In this document: piece by piece, positions 40,097-49,404 of the stretch
Layout: each line of letters opens with the position of its first letter
Numbering within the stretch: position 1 is the stretch's first letter
From: Bythopirellula sp.
Lineage (GTDB): Bacteria; Planctomycetota; Planctomycetia; Pirellulales; Lacipirellulaceae
Length of the DNA: 64,000 bases
Direction of reading: 5' to 3'
Assembly (NCBI GenBank): GCA_965216565.1
Contig: OZ244170.1
Coordinates: forward strand, 3,552,001-3,616,000
The notes under the pieces: model-generated
Databases searched by the model: none
Seen by the model: the letters and a program-made list of their open reading frames with translations, nothing else
What the model was told of the DNA's origin: nothing
Program-made: the position numbers and the translations under genes

Positions 40097-40972
40097 TCAA
40101 CTGATCATCTTACGCCACCGACCTCTGCGGTTGAGGAACATAGTGAAAAAAGTTGCCGACAGAATCAAGGCGTTCGGCTCAGGAACCTTGTTGATCGCTC
40201 CCACAGCATCGAGATCCATGCCACCGGAGCCGGTCGTGTGCCACGTGTCGAGAATAGGATTACCCAGCGAATCTACGACCGAGCCATCTCCCGGAATATC
40301 GACCAGTCGAACGAATTGAATCGCATTCAGATCCACCGAGCCACCCGTGACCAACGGATCGCTGGCCAACTCGCTGAGGTCGAATGGCGTTCCAGTCAAA
40401 GTCAGATTGACTCCGGCAAGATTCTCGATGTTGGTTGTGTTTGCGCCTGCGAAATCTCGCCCAAAGGGGACGTGCAAGTCTCTATCTGGATCGGGATTAT
40501 TGGGATCGGGTTCGATGTTGAGCGAGGTCGCTGGAAAGCGCGCGAAATCTGTTCCGTTCGAAGATACTTCGACAAAGGCCAACTCCGCAAAGACGATGTC
40601 CGGATTGACGTTGGGATCAAACGTAAAATCAAAAGCGTTTTCGAACACAGCGAAGTCAGCACCGGGGCCATCGACGATCGTGGCTTGGAAGCCCACTGTA
40701 ATCGAACCCGGGCCCTCCCCTCCCCCTGTGGGATCGGCAAGATCACCTAGCGAGACGATTACACCATCCGCTGCGCCCAGGCCTTCAGAGGCGTCTCCGA
40801 ACGACCCCAAATCAACTTCGCTCGTGGGCGAGTAATCGACGACCGTCGTGGCCCAAGCGGCAATGCTGGCGGGGTCGACGCCAGCATCGAGGTGGGAATC
40901 AAACGGCCCTGCTTGAGAAACTGCGACGGGAAGGAGAAATGCCAAAAGCGATGTCATTCGGAAACGTTTCAT
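40097..40972 (-). CDS. PEP-CTERM surface protein (SLG...DFAVFENAF...DLDAV domain)
   Basis: Signal peptide; VPEP + hydrophobic stretch + RRGR tail. Confidence 0.8.
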   Translation of the reverse strand: MKRFRMTSLLAFLLPVAVSQAGPFDSHLDAGVDPASIAAWATTVVDYSPTSEVDLGSFGDASEGLGAADGVIVSLGDLADPTGGGEGPGSITVGFQATIVDGPGADFAVFENAFDFTFDPNVNPDIVFAELAFVEVSSNGTDFARFPATSLNIEPDPNNPDPDRDLHVPFGRDFAGANTTNIENLAGVNLTLTGTPFDLSELASDPLVTGGSVDLNAIQFVRLVDIPGDGSVVDSLGNPILDTWHTTGSGGMDLDAVGAINKVPEPNALILSATFFTMFLNRRGRWRKMIS

Positions 40973-41001
40973 TTGCTTGTCCTATCTATGGGTGTTGAAA
41001 T

Positions 41002-42024
41002 TCAAGGGGATGTTCTTCTAAATCTTCCACCCGCCAGTATCAGCCAGCTACTCGCCAGGAAGAAACCTGCAGGTTCGGGGACTACGTTCAAAGTTCCGAC
41101 GGGCAGAGCAACACCCTGTTGCCAGAGCAAAAAATCGAGTCCGCCAACATAGCCATCTTCATCGGCATCTCCGGAGGTGAATGTTGCGCCGGACGTCGTA
41201 CCATAATGCGTTTGCCAGATGTTAAGATCTTGCGAATCAACAATACCGTTGAGATCGAAGTCCCCAGACGTAGCAGCGACCTCCAGTACCAAATCGTCGA
41301 TGGCGACATACGCGGGCGTGTTCATTCCAAAAGAAGGATGCGTATCGCTGGAACTGAGACGGAAATCGAGCCGGGAAACGCCTAAGCCTGACAGTGCTGC
41401 GAGATCCACTTCGGTCCAGTCCTCGAGCAGGTAATCCTCGTTCGGATCGGTAAAGCGGTAATCCGCCAGATAAAACGGGACACTGCCTACAAAGTTGTTG
41501 GCATCGTTATAACCTTCGACCGTGAGCAGAAACCAATCGGGGTCGTTCCCCGACAGACCGCCAAATTTCTTCGCAAAAGTATCGCCGTGCAACATGCTCA
41601 AAGCTGAGTAGGTGGTATTGGTGATTAGCACGCTTGCCGGTTCGGCACCTGCAGGAAGGGAGATCTCGGGCACAATGCCTCCGCCGGCATCGAGGCCACT
41701 GAAAGCCACGCCATACTTGGCCGACCCGTTCGCACCGCCACCCGCGTATGCGCTATATTGATTGCCCGGTCCCGGTGTATTGGGATCGGTCGTTTGCGAA
41801 TAAGCCCAGCCGTTCCAGCAACAGCCACTACCAAAATCGGTGTACAGATTGTTGAACATCGTGCCATAACTGGTGAATCCGCCTTCTTCGTCGGAGCCGT
41901 TGTAGAAGTCTTCGCCAACGAGCGGCAACTCTTCGAAATCGATGGTGACGGTCACGGCCTGGGCAAAGCTGGCCCCCAGCATCAGCAAAACCGCAATCGT
42001 GAGACTGAGGGCATGCTTTTTCAT
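41002..42024 (-). CDS. DUF4465-like protein with dockerin/EF-hand-like repeat and PEP-CTERM anchor
   Basis: WNGWAYS, NQYSA, TNTTY, FAKKFGG, FYLADYR, W..VDL..L, GMNTPAY.AIDD; GDFDLNG.VD; VPEP; ATGA overlap with the upstream gene. Confidence 0.85.
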   Translation of the reverse strand: MKKHALSLTIAVLLMLGASFAQAVTVTIDFEELPLVGEDFYNGSDEEGGFTSYGTMFNNLYTDFGSGCCWNGWAYSQTTDPNTPGPGNQYSAYAGGGANGSAKYGVAFSGLDAGGGIVPEISLPAGAEPASVLITNTTYSALSMLHGDTFAKKFGGLSGNDPDWFLLTVEGYNDANNFVGSVPFYLADYRFTDPNEDYLLEDWTEVDLAALSGLGVSRLDFRLSSSDTHPSFGMNTPAYVAIDDLVLEVAATSGDFDLNGIVDSQDLNIWQTHYGTTSGATFTSGDADEDGYVGGLDFLLWQQGVALPVGTLNVVPEPAGFFLASSWLILAGGRFRRTSP

Positions 42025-42824
42025 TCCCACCCTCCAATTGCCTCGCCCCCGGCGCGGGAGCAGAGAGCGGCAAGCACTTTCAAGTCGAGATCGTCAGAAA
42101 GAAAATGAACCGAACCGCTGCAAGTCAGCCCTTGCGCACCACCCGGGTGTTCGCTGCGGATGTCGTTTTCGGTTTTGGGATTCGCCTTTTTCGAGTTGAT
42201 TTCGTAGGCCTGAGTCAGAATGTTGCGTCCGTTGATCCATTGTCCGTCGGCAAAGCGAGAATCCTCTGCCACGATCAATGTCGAAACGGTTCCGTCTGTG
42301 ATTTCAGAGACACTGACTTCCCGATCAACTAGCAAGACACCTCGTTGAGGATAGTTAGGTGTGACGGTGTTCTCGCCATTGATACCGGCGTAGTGGGTCG
42401 GACCGCGGCTTACCTCGTCCAACTCCGCGCTGGGGCAGAGGTAAACGGCGACCATCGAGGAAGCAGGCTCTTCGTTCACAGGATGGTCGAACGGTTTGCT
42501 CAAATCGAGGCGATTGTAAAGCGATTGCTGTTCGAGATGAGGGAGCAAATAGGCAGACCAGGCCAGTTGCCGTTGGTCCCTTCCTCCCCAGGGACGCCAT
42601 TCTAAGCAGCCGACCGGATACGCTTCGTGCACATCGTGATACGCAATCAGTGCAAGTCCCAATTGCTTGAGATTGTTCTGGCACTTCACGCGTCGTGCAG
42701 ACTCTCTTGCCGCCTGAACAGCGGGAAGCAGCAGAGAGATAAGCGCGCCAACAATGGCGACGACCACTAGCAATTCGACCAGGGTAAAACCATCTCTAGA
42801 GCTACCGACCCGAAATCGATTCAT
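42021..42824 (-). CDS. DUF1559 prepilin-type N-terminal cleavage/methylation protein
   Basis: GFTLVELLVVVAI...LLLPAVQAARESARR..CQNNLKQ; EITDG; HPGG..SGSVHF; start could be further upstream (42893). Confidence 0.93.
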   Translation of the reverse strand: MNRFRVGSSRDGFTLVELLVVVAIVGALISLLLPAVQAARESARRVKCQNNLKQLGLALIAYHDVHEAYPVGCLEWRPWGGRDQRQLAWSAYLLPHLEQQSLYNRLDLSKPFDHPVNEEPASSMVAVYLCPSAELDEVSRGPTHYAGINGENTVTPNYPQRGVLLVDREVSVSEITDGTVSTLIVAEDSRFADGQWINGRNILTQAYEINSKKANPKTENDIRSEHPGGAQGLTCSGSVHFLSDDLDLKVLAALCSRAGGEAIGGWE

Positions 42825-43018
42825 GCCAAACGCGCTGCACCTTGCGGTGCCACCAGCGCCTCCGCCTTTCATCATTCCCGATTCGATTGCCACAGCTCAA
42901 GTAACAGCGTGCCCGTCCAGCACGGCCGAGCAAAGACCTGATAAACCAGTCCTGAGGCAACCAATCGAAAAAAAGACTCATTACGAAGCTTTCTACCCGC
43001 GAGAAAACTTCATACCAA

Positions 43019-43205
43019 GCGTTGGTAGGTCTTCTGACTCCCAAACTCAAGCCTGGCAATGCCTTCTCGGTCGCCGAGGCGGCCAATGGCTGAAGAAATG
43101 CCTTGCTTGAAGTCGTTTGGTCACAGCGGCGGGGCCGTCCCGGATTCGCACCGGAGTTCCCTGTTTCGTCGGTCGAAGAGCAATCTTTCGACCGACCACC
43201 AACGC
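43019..43205 (-). ncRNA. Cobalamin (B12) riboswitch
   Basis: Minus strand: GCGTTGGT...AACAGGGAACTCCGGTGCGAATCCGGGACGGCCCCGCCGCTGTGA...GCCATTGG...GAGAAGGC...GAGTCAGAAGACCTACCAACGC; P1 ends pair. Confidence 0.93.
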
Positions 43206-43346
43206 ACGTTCAATGCGAAAGCTGTTATAGGCCTGTCATTTCTAATTGTCAAACCCCACCAACTCCGGCTAAAACTTGTTGCTCCCCCCTCTGCGAGCTA
43301 GAATCGAGTATTGAGCTGGGTTGGGGAACCTCGAGAGGATGCACCT

Positions 43347-43892
43347 GTGCCAGAAACTGCGCAGTCTTTTGCTCAACTTTGGCTTCGCGATTACGGAGAC
43401 AAACTGTACGCCTACGCGCTGAGTCGCGTTGGCGGTGATCGTGCGTTGGCCGAAGATTTGGTGCAAGAAACGCTGCTAGCCGGGCTCAAAGGGTTTGCAA
43501 ATTTTGCCGAGCAGTCGACCATCGAAACTTGGTTGTTCAGTATTCTGCGACGCAAAATTATCGATCACTATCGTCAGCGCGGCCGCCGTGGCAAAGAGTT
43601 TGCCTATGAAGACTACTTTTCCGAGCACGGCAGTATCAAGCATTTAGGCGATTGGCGGTACGATGCCGAGCAATTACTGCAGAACCAGGAGTTTCTGGAA
43701 GCTGTCCATGGATGCCTGCAAAACCTAAGTGAACCGCTGGCCGAGGCGTTCTCCTCCAGTGTGATTGACGGACTCGAAACCGAAGAGGCTTGTAAGCGTT
43801 TGGATATTACACCGACTAATCTATCGGTCCGATTACATCGAGCTCGGCTTGCGGTGCGTCGATGCCTAGAAATCAAGTGGTTTGAGGAATAA
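43347..43892 (+). CDS. ECF sigma-70 factor
   Basis: AEDLVQETLL, TWLFSILRRKIIDHYR, NLSVRLHRAR; GAGAGGA before GTG. Confidence 0.93.
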   Translation: MPETAQSFAQLWLRDYGDKLYAYALSRVGGDRALAEDLVQETLLAGLKGFANFAEQSTIETWLFSILRRKIIDHYRQRGRRGKEFAYEDYFSEHGSIKHLGDWRYDAEQLLQNQEFLEAVHGCLQNLSEPLAEAFSSSVIDGLETEEACKRLDITPTNLSVRLHRARLAVRRCLEIKWFEE

Positions 43893-43896
43893 CTGG

Positions 43897-44175
43897 ATGT
43901 CTGTTTGGCGTGCCATAGTGATGTTGCTGACGCTTAAATGCGATCACGCTACACACTTGGTTTCCGACAGTTTCGAGCGCGATCTCACCGCCGTCGAGCG
44001 CTGGGCCCTCAAACTCCATCAGCTGAGCTGCAAATACTGTCGACGACTAGCCAAGCAACTTGAACTCATTCACTCCGCTGCCCGCACCACCGCAGCACCG
44101 GCCGGAGAATTGCCGGCGGAGGCCCGCGATCGTATCGCCGCTGCCATTTCCAGCTCAGAAGAGAAAAACAGCTAG
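43897..44175 (+). CDS. Soluble zf-HC2 (ZAS) anti-sigma factor
   Basis: C....HLVS...LKLHQLSCKYC (HxxxCxxC), directly after the ECF gene. Confidence 0.88.
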   Translation: MSVWRAIVMLLTLKCDHATHLVSDSFERDLTAVERWALKLHQLSCKYCRRLAKQLELIHSAARTTAAPAGELPAEARDRIAAAISSSEEKNS

Positions 44176-44495
44176 TCCAACGCAGCTAGCAGGACCACTC
44201 TCATTTTTTCTCAGATTTCTTGTAGTCGTTCGCTCTCAACCACGACTAACAGTTCAATCGCACCCAAATAGTCACTCATGCTGACTACAGTTCGGGGCCG
44301 GAACACGGAACTTTCTTCGAGAGCTAGTGATACCTAAACAACTATTCTAATCGTCCTGGAACAATACATCTTGGCCTGGGCTCAACCCACGCTGACGACG
44401 CTCGACCAGACGAACTAGTCCGACCCTTTTTCAAAATCACCTTTATTTTCTGCGCGAAATGTACGCGCCCACCACACCCTGAGGAGCACCCACTT

Positions 44496-45335
44496 ATGTT
44501 ACGAACCAACCTAATCGCTACCGTCCTTACGCTGGCAGTCCTATCCGCTAACGCCAACGCACAATTGGCGTCGACCGACGTCCCTTCCACTCCCACCGAT
44601 ATCCAGGTCACCGTCACTAACGAAGGCAATTCCGATTTCACGCTCACGCCGCTTTGGTTTGCATTCCAGAATGGTGGCTTCGATCTATTCAACACGGGCG
44701 CCGCACCGTCGCCTGGATTGGAACTGATTGCCGAAGATGGCGATGTCGCAGTACTCACCTCTGAGTTCGATGCCGCCGGCCAACCTGGGAATCGGCAAGG
44801 TGCGGTGTTTGCCCCCGGTGGATTCGGCGGAGCTCCAGTGATCGAGCCCGGCGAAACTGGCACGGCTTACATTACGCCCATCAATCCCAGCAACTATCAG
44901 TTCTTCAGCTTTGCTTCGATGATCATTCCTTCCAACGACACATTCATCGGCAACGAGAGTCCCACGCAGTATCAGGTGTTCACCCCTGGCGGTGACATTA
45001 ATGATCCTTCCGGAACGTTTACGATTCAGATTTTTGGAAACGATCTGCTCGATGCGGGAACGGAAGAAAACAATGCGATGGGAGCAGCATTTTCCACCGA
45101 GGGAGGCAGCCCCACCGACACGACTGACGGCATTGGACCGGCCGGCGACTTGAACGAGTTCTTGAATACGGGAACACCTTCAGGGCTCACCATCACCGAT
45201 TTCATTGCACCTGGAGAACTCGTAGCCACAATTACGATCTCGCAGTTACCAGAACCTTCGACGGTCACACTCGCGATGCTTTCCCTCGGTGGAATCATCG
45301 TGAGAAGAAAGAGGTCGCTTCACACAGCATCATAG
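44496..45335 (+). CDS. Spondin_N domain PEP-CTERM protein
   Basis: LTPLW, GLELIAEDGD, ASMIIPSNDTF, DAGTEEN; LPEPS-TM-RRKR. Confidence 0.88.
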   Translation: MLRTNLIATVLTLAVLSANANAQLASTDVPSTPTDIQVTVTNEGNSDFTLTPLWFAFQNGGFDLFNTGAAPSPGLELIAEDGDVAVLTSEFDAAGQPGNRQGAVFAPGGFGGAPVIEPGETGTAYITPINPSNYQFFSFASMIIPSNDTFIGNESPTQYQVFTPGGDINDPSGTFTIQIFGNDLLDAGTEENNAMGAAFSTEGGSPTDTTDGIGPAGDLNEFLNTGTPSGLTITDFIAPGELVATITISQLPEPSTVTLAMLSLGGIIVRRKRSLHTAS

Positions 45336-46400
45336 AGCACTACGACCTAGTGAGAGTGGCGGAACACGACTCCCCCCAGTTCCGCACGTGTGAAGCTTGG
45401 GCGACCGGTCCCCCACCGGTCGCCCTTTTTTTGTGCGTAGTTGCAATGCGACGACCAAAGATAGAAATATCGCAAAAGTCGATGGCTCGGGGACCACCTG
45501 GTCAGCGGCGAAGTTTGATACAAAGCCGTAGTTGTTTTCCCACAAAGCAAGATCGCCCGTAGTGTAGAGCGACGGAAACCCACTTTGCCACTCGAGAAAA
45601 TCTAGTCCGTCCACGTTGCCACTAAAGTCGAAGTCTCCATCAATCGCGGGACTGGCATCGAGTCGCACGTCGTCGAAGTCGACTTCCTGATCTGAATTCG
45701 TATAGTTGGGATCCTCTTCATTGAGATGGACGAGCAAGATGCCCAGCGATTCGTTCATCTGGGGATGGCTTGCTCCCGTGGTGAATGTCACTGTACTGGT
45801 AGCGAATTCACCATCAGGGATCAAACCAGCAAGTGTATTGTCATCTTCTTCGAGCATCATGCCCCCCGCTTGCAGTTCCACACGGTATCCCGTGAAGCCT
45901 TCTAGTGGAAAAAACTGTCCGCTCATGGCTGTGGCGGAATCAATGTTACCAATGCCAACTTCAAGCGTATAAGTGGTGTAAGGCTGAAGCGTTGCAGCTA
46001 GTTCTTGATAGAACCCATACTCATGTCCCTCGCTGCCATCGAAATTAAATGCAATGCCGACTCGCTGACCTTCTGGTGCACCTGCTGGAAAGTTAGCAAA
46101 CACTCCGGGATTCCCGATGGGATCTGGTTCAAACGGAGTCAACGTTCCGATGAAATAGGTGGGCCCATCTCCCTGGCTTGTCACGTCATTGGGGTCGTAC
46201 AGATCCCAGCCGTTGAGCTCGCCGAACGTGAACTCATTGACAACATTTTCACCGGTGATGTCTTCAAAGCCCGGATTCGTGACGGCCACCGGCGCTGCCC
46301 ATCCAGGAAGAGCGAACAGCAAACACACAACAGCTAAAACAGTGGCAATACACTTCGAGGAGCAATTCATAACCCGCCTGCAATTCAATACAGAGTTCAT
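45330..46400 (-). CDS. Secreted PEP-CTERM protein (NPGFE carbohydrate-binding-like domain plus dockerin-like motif)
   Basis: Signal peptide, VTNPGFE, GDFDFSGNVDGLDFLEWQ, VPEPS; start uncertain. Confidence 0.8.
   Translation of the reverse strand: MNSVLNCRRVMNCSSKCIATVLAVVCLLFALPGWAAPVAVTNPGFEDITGENVVNEFTFGELNGWDLYDPNDVTSQGDGPTYFIGTLTPFEPDPIGNPGVFANFPAGAPEGQRVGIAFNFDGSEGHEYGFYQELAATLQPYTTYTLEVGIGNIDSATAMSGQFFPLEGFTGYRVELQAGGMMLEEDDNTLAGLIPDGEFATSTVTFTTGASHPQMNESLGILLVHLNEEDPNYTNSDQEVDFDDVRLDASPAIDGDFDFSGNVDGLDFLEWQSGFPSLYTTGDLALWENNYGFVSNFAADQVVPEPSTFAIFLSLVVALQLRTKKGRPVGDRSPKLHTCGTGGSRVPPLSLGRSAL
45399..45432 (+). terminator. Intrinsic terminator of the spondin gene
   Basis: GGGCGACCGGT-CCCCC-ACCGGTCGCCC-T7. 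Confidence 0.85.
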
Positions 46401-46445
46401 GGCTTCAATTCGATTCTAAGTGGACATCACGCGAATGAACAGCAA

Positions 46446-47504
46446 TTACACAGCAAAATCAGTCACTTGCTGCGCCGCACGCAGACGCCGGTTCTCCTGT
46501 CGCACCAGTTGCCCACAAGCCGCTGCAATATCCGCCCCCAGCGAATAGCGAATCGTCGTACTCAGGCCGTCCTGCTTCAGCACCCCAGCAAACGCGTCGC
46601 GCACCTCTCGATCGCTGCCCACCAGTTCCGGGGCATCCTCGATCGGATTGTAAGGAATCAGATTCACGTGGACATCGAGACCTCGGAGCCAAGCGGCAAG
46701 CTCCCGAGCATCCTCCAAAGTGTCGTTCATCCCCGCCAACATGAGATACTCGATCATTACCGGCTTGCCTTGCAACTTGTTGAGCTGAACTAACGCCGAC
46801 CGCAGTTCTGATAATTGATATTGCCTGGCAAGGGGAATCAATCGCTCCCGCGTTGTTTGATTCACGCTGTGTAAACTCAGTGCCAGGTTAACCTCGGGAA
46901 AGCGGCGCACGCAGCGAATCATTGCCTCAGGTATCCCAACCGTGGAAACCAAGATTTTCGCGGGCGAATGGTGAAACATCTCTGCAGCCGTCAGCAACTC
47001 AAGAGCTTCGTACAAATTTTCTTCGTTGTGGAACGGTTCGCCCATGCCCATGAAGACAATATTCCGCACACGGCGTTGTTCCTCAGCCAGTAGCTGCCCA
47101 GCTTGCAAAACTTGATCGGCGATTTCCGGCGCGGAAAGATTCTGAGCAATGCCCATTTTGCCAGTTGCACAAAACTCGCATGCCGCAGCGCAACCCACCT
47201 GACTCGAAACACACAGCGTCGTGCGGCCGGTCGCGATACGAAGAATCACCGACTCGATAAGCAACCCCTGCCCGGTGCGGAACAGCAGCTTACTAGCGCC
47301 ATCCAATTCCGAGTCGACTTGAGAATGGAGCTCCAAAGGATGCAAGGCAAGTCGCTCAGCCGCGGGAAAATCCGCCAGGGCCACTTCGTCTTGCTGAAAT
47401 CGCTTGAGCAGCGCCGCCCGCAATTGCTTAATGCGCTGCGGATCGATTTTCAATTCGCGATGTAGCTTTTCAAGCTCGGCAGTGTGGTAGATGCTAACTG
47501 ACAA
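46446..47504 (-). CDS. rlmN: RlmN/Cfr-family radical SAM RNA methyltransferase
   Basis: CVSSQVGCAAACEFCATG, FMGMGEP, LSLH, NLIPYN, DIAAACGQL; start approximate. Confidence 0.88.
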   Translation of the reverse strand: MSVSIYHTAELEKLHRELKIDPQRIKQLRAALLKRFQQDEVALADFPAAERLALHPLELHSQVDSELDGASKLLFRTGQGLLIESVILRIATGRTTLCVSSQVGCAAACEFCATGKMGIAQNLSAPEIADQVLQAGQLLAEEQRRVRNIVFMGMGEPFHNEENLYEALELLTAAEMFHHSPAKILVSTVGIPEAMIRCVRRFPEVNLALSLHSVNQTTRERLIPLARQYQLSELRSALVQLNKLQGKPVMIEYLMLAGMNDTLEDARELAAWLRGLDVHVNLIPYNPIEDAPELVGSDREVRDAFAGVLKQDGLSTTIRYSLGADIAAACGQLVRQENRRLRAAQQVTDFAV

Positions 47505-48525
47505 TGGTCTTGCTCGCCTCGCCGGGCAGTTCTTGCACATATCGCGGCACCATGTAGCCCGGCAGTTCGCTACGCAGTTGCTGTACGATTCGTTTCCCTT
47601 CGCTCAGAGGAACCTCAAAATGTGCGGCGCCCGTCACCCGGTCCAACTGATGTAGATAGTAAGGCAACACATCAATTTCTATGAGCCGTCGGCTCAACTC
47701 CGCTTGCGTTTCTACGGAGTCGTTCACACCACGTAACAGTACCGCTTGATTGAGCAACATGACCCCCGCAGCGCGGAGACGCCCGAGCGCACTGGCAACC
47801 TGGCCGTCAAGCTCCTGAGCATGATTCGCATGAACCACCACAATCGGCTTGAGCCGCGACTGCGTCAGCCAGGCCATCATCTCCTCAGTCACACGCGCAG
47901 GAACAACAATCGGCAATCGGGTATGGACACGCAACAGACGAACATGCTCAATGGCTTCGATGCATGCAACCAATCGCGACAGCTTCTCGTCGACCAACAT
48001 CAGCGGATCGCCACCACTGAGGATCACTTCGTGGATGGTGTCGTCATCGGCAATGGCCTGCAATGCACTATCCCAGGCCGTGTCGCTATGAGGAATGTCG
48101 TGATAGGGAAAATGTCGTCGGAAGCAATAACGACAATGCACTGCGCACGCGCCAGTTGTAACGAGCAAAGCGCGGCTAGCGTACTTCTTCAGCACACCGG
48201 CTTCGAGTTGAGCCTCCGCATCGCCTACCGGATCGGAGACATAGTCTAGCTCCGGATTCGATTCGCTAGCCAGCGGCAGCACCTGTCGCAACAGAGGATC
48301 ATTTGGATCGCCCACCTGTATTCGGGCCAGGTACGAGGGCGGCACAAAAACGGGAAAATCTGCGGCCCCACCCGCGCCAGCCCCAGCCAATTCCGGCGGC
48401 AGTTCCAGTAACCGGCACAGAGTCGGGGCATCCCGCACGGCGGCTTTTAGCTCGTTCTGCCAAGGCATTGACGCCTGCACAGATTCGGCGCCGACAACAC
48501 TCCCATTACTCGCTAAAATGCTCAT
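47494..48525 (-). CDS. epmB: EF-P beta-lysylation lysine 2,3-aminomutase (KamA-like)
   Basis: DPLLRQVLP, CAVHCRYCFRRHFPY, SGGDPL, LLNQAVLL.GVND; divergent from efp. Confidence 0.95.
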   Translation of the reverse strand: MSILASNGSVVGAESVQASMPWQNELKAAVRDAPTLCRLLELPPELAGAGAGGAADFPVFVPPSYLARIQVGDPNDPLLRQVLPLASESNPELDYVSDPVGDAEAQLEAGVLKKYASRALLVTTGACAVHCRYCFRRHFPYHDIPHSDTAWDSALQAIADDDTIHEVILSGGDPLMLVDEKLSRLVACIEAIEHVRLLRVHTRLPIVVPARVTEEMMAWLTQSRLKPIVVVHANHAQELDGQVASALGRLRAAGVMLLNQAVLLRGVNDSVETQAELSRRLIEIDVLPYYLHQLDRVTGAAHFEVPLSEGKRIVQQLRSELPGYMVPRYVQELPGEASKTIVS

Positions 48526-48580
48526 TTTGATATTCTAAACAAACCCCACTCATACGCACAGTCTTACGGAAAGATCACCA

Positions 48581-49162
48581 GTGGCAACATATAGTACCAA
48601 CGAATTTAAGAAGGGGCTGAAGATTCAGATCGATGGCGTACCATACCAAATGATCGAGATGAACTTCCGCAAGCCCGGCAAAGGAACTGCGCTCTACGAG
48701 TGCAAATTGAAAAATCTCATTCGCGGCACCGTCACCGACCGCACTTACCGCGCCGGCCAAACCCTGGAAGCGGCCGACGTCTCGGAGTTCACCGCCCAGT
48801 ACCTCTACCGTCAGGGCGAGGGCTTCGTCTTCATGAACAATTCCGATTACGAGCAATACGAGCTCTCCGCCGAGCAGGTTGGCGACGGCGCCGGTTTTCT
48901 GAAAGAAGGCATGGACTGCCAACTCGTCATCTACAACAACAACCCGATTGGCGTCACACTACCCAACCACGTCATTCTCCAAGTGACCTACTGCGAGCCT
49001 GCCGTCAAAGGCAACACGGCCACAAACGTCACCAAGCCTGTCCAACTAGAGACGGGCGCCGAAATCCTCGCCCCCGCCTTCATCAACAACGGCGACTGGC
49101 TCCGCGTCGATACCCGCACGCAGGAATACGTGGAACGGACGAAAGAGCCCGAGGGTGATTGA
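48581..49162 (+). CDS. efp: Elongation factor P
   Basis: KPGKG loop, KGNTA, LETGA, VDTR..EYVER. Confidence 0.96.
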   Translation: MATYSTNEFKKGLKIQIDGVPYQMIEMNFRKPGKGTALYECKLKNLIRGTVTDRTYRAGQTLEAADVSEFTAQYLYRQGEGFVFMNNSDYEQYELSAEQVGDGAGFLKEGMDCQLVIYNNNPIGVTLPNHVILQVTYCEPAVKGNTATNVTKPVQLETGAEILAPAFINNGDWLRVDTRTQEYVERTKEPEGD

Positions 49163-49169
49163 GTCTTTG

Positions 49170-49404
49170 TCAACGCAGAGCACACGGAGAAGCAGAGGGC
49201 CGCGGAGAAGTTAAACTACTACAACATCGACTGACTGGTTTGCCGTGGATATGAATTTATCTATTTTGGTTTGAGATTGCTCCAAAGATAACTTCTGAGA
49301 ATTATCTTGTGGATCCTGCCAATCCCGTCATCCTGTCTAACAAACTCTCATTCTTATTTTGAAATTCTCCGCGACCCTCTGCTTCTCCGCGCACTCTGCG
49401 TTGA
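49170..49404. repeat. 40-bp imperfect inverted repeat pair around a 155-bp AT-rich core (MITE/REP-like)
   Basis: 49170-49209 vs reverse complement of 49365-49404: 36/40 identical. Confidence 0.8.

Noticed and set aside
49211..49291. Possible decayed GxxExxY-type gene fragment (LNY...G..IYFG) between the inverted repeats
   Set aside because: Similarity is too short and interrupted by a stop; cannot be supported without a search.
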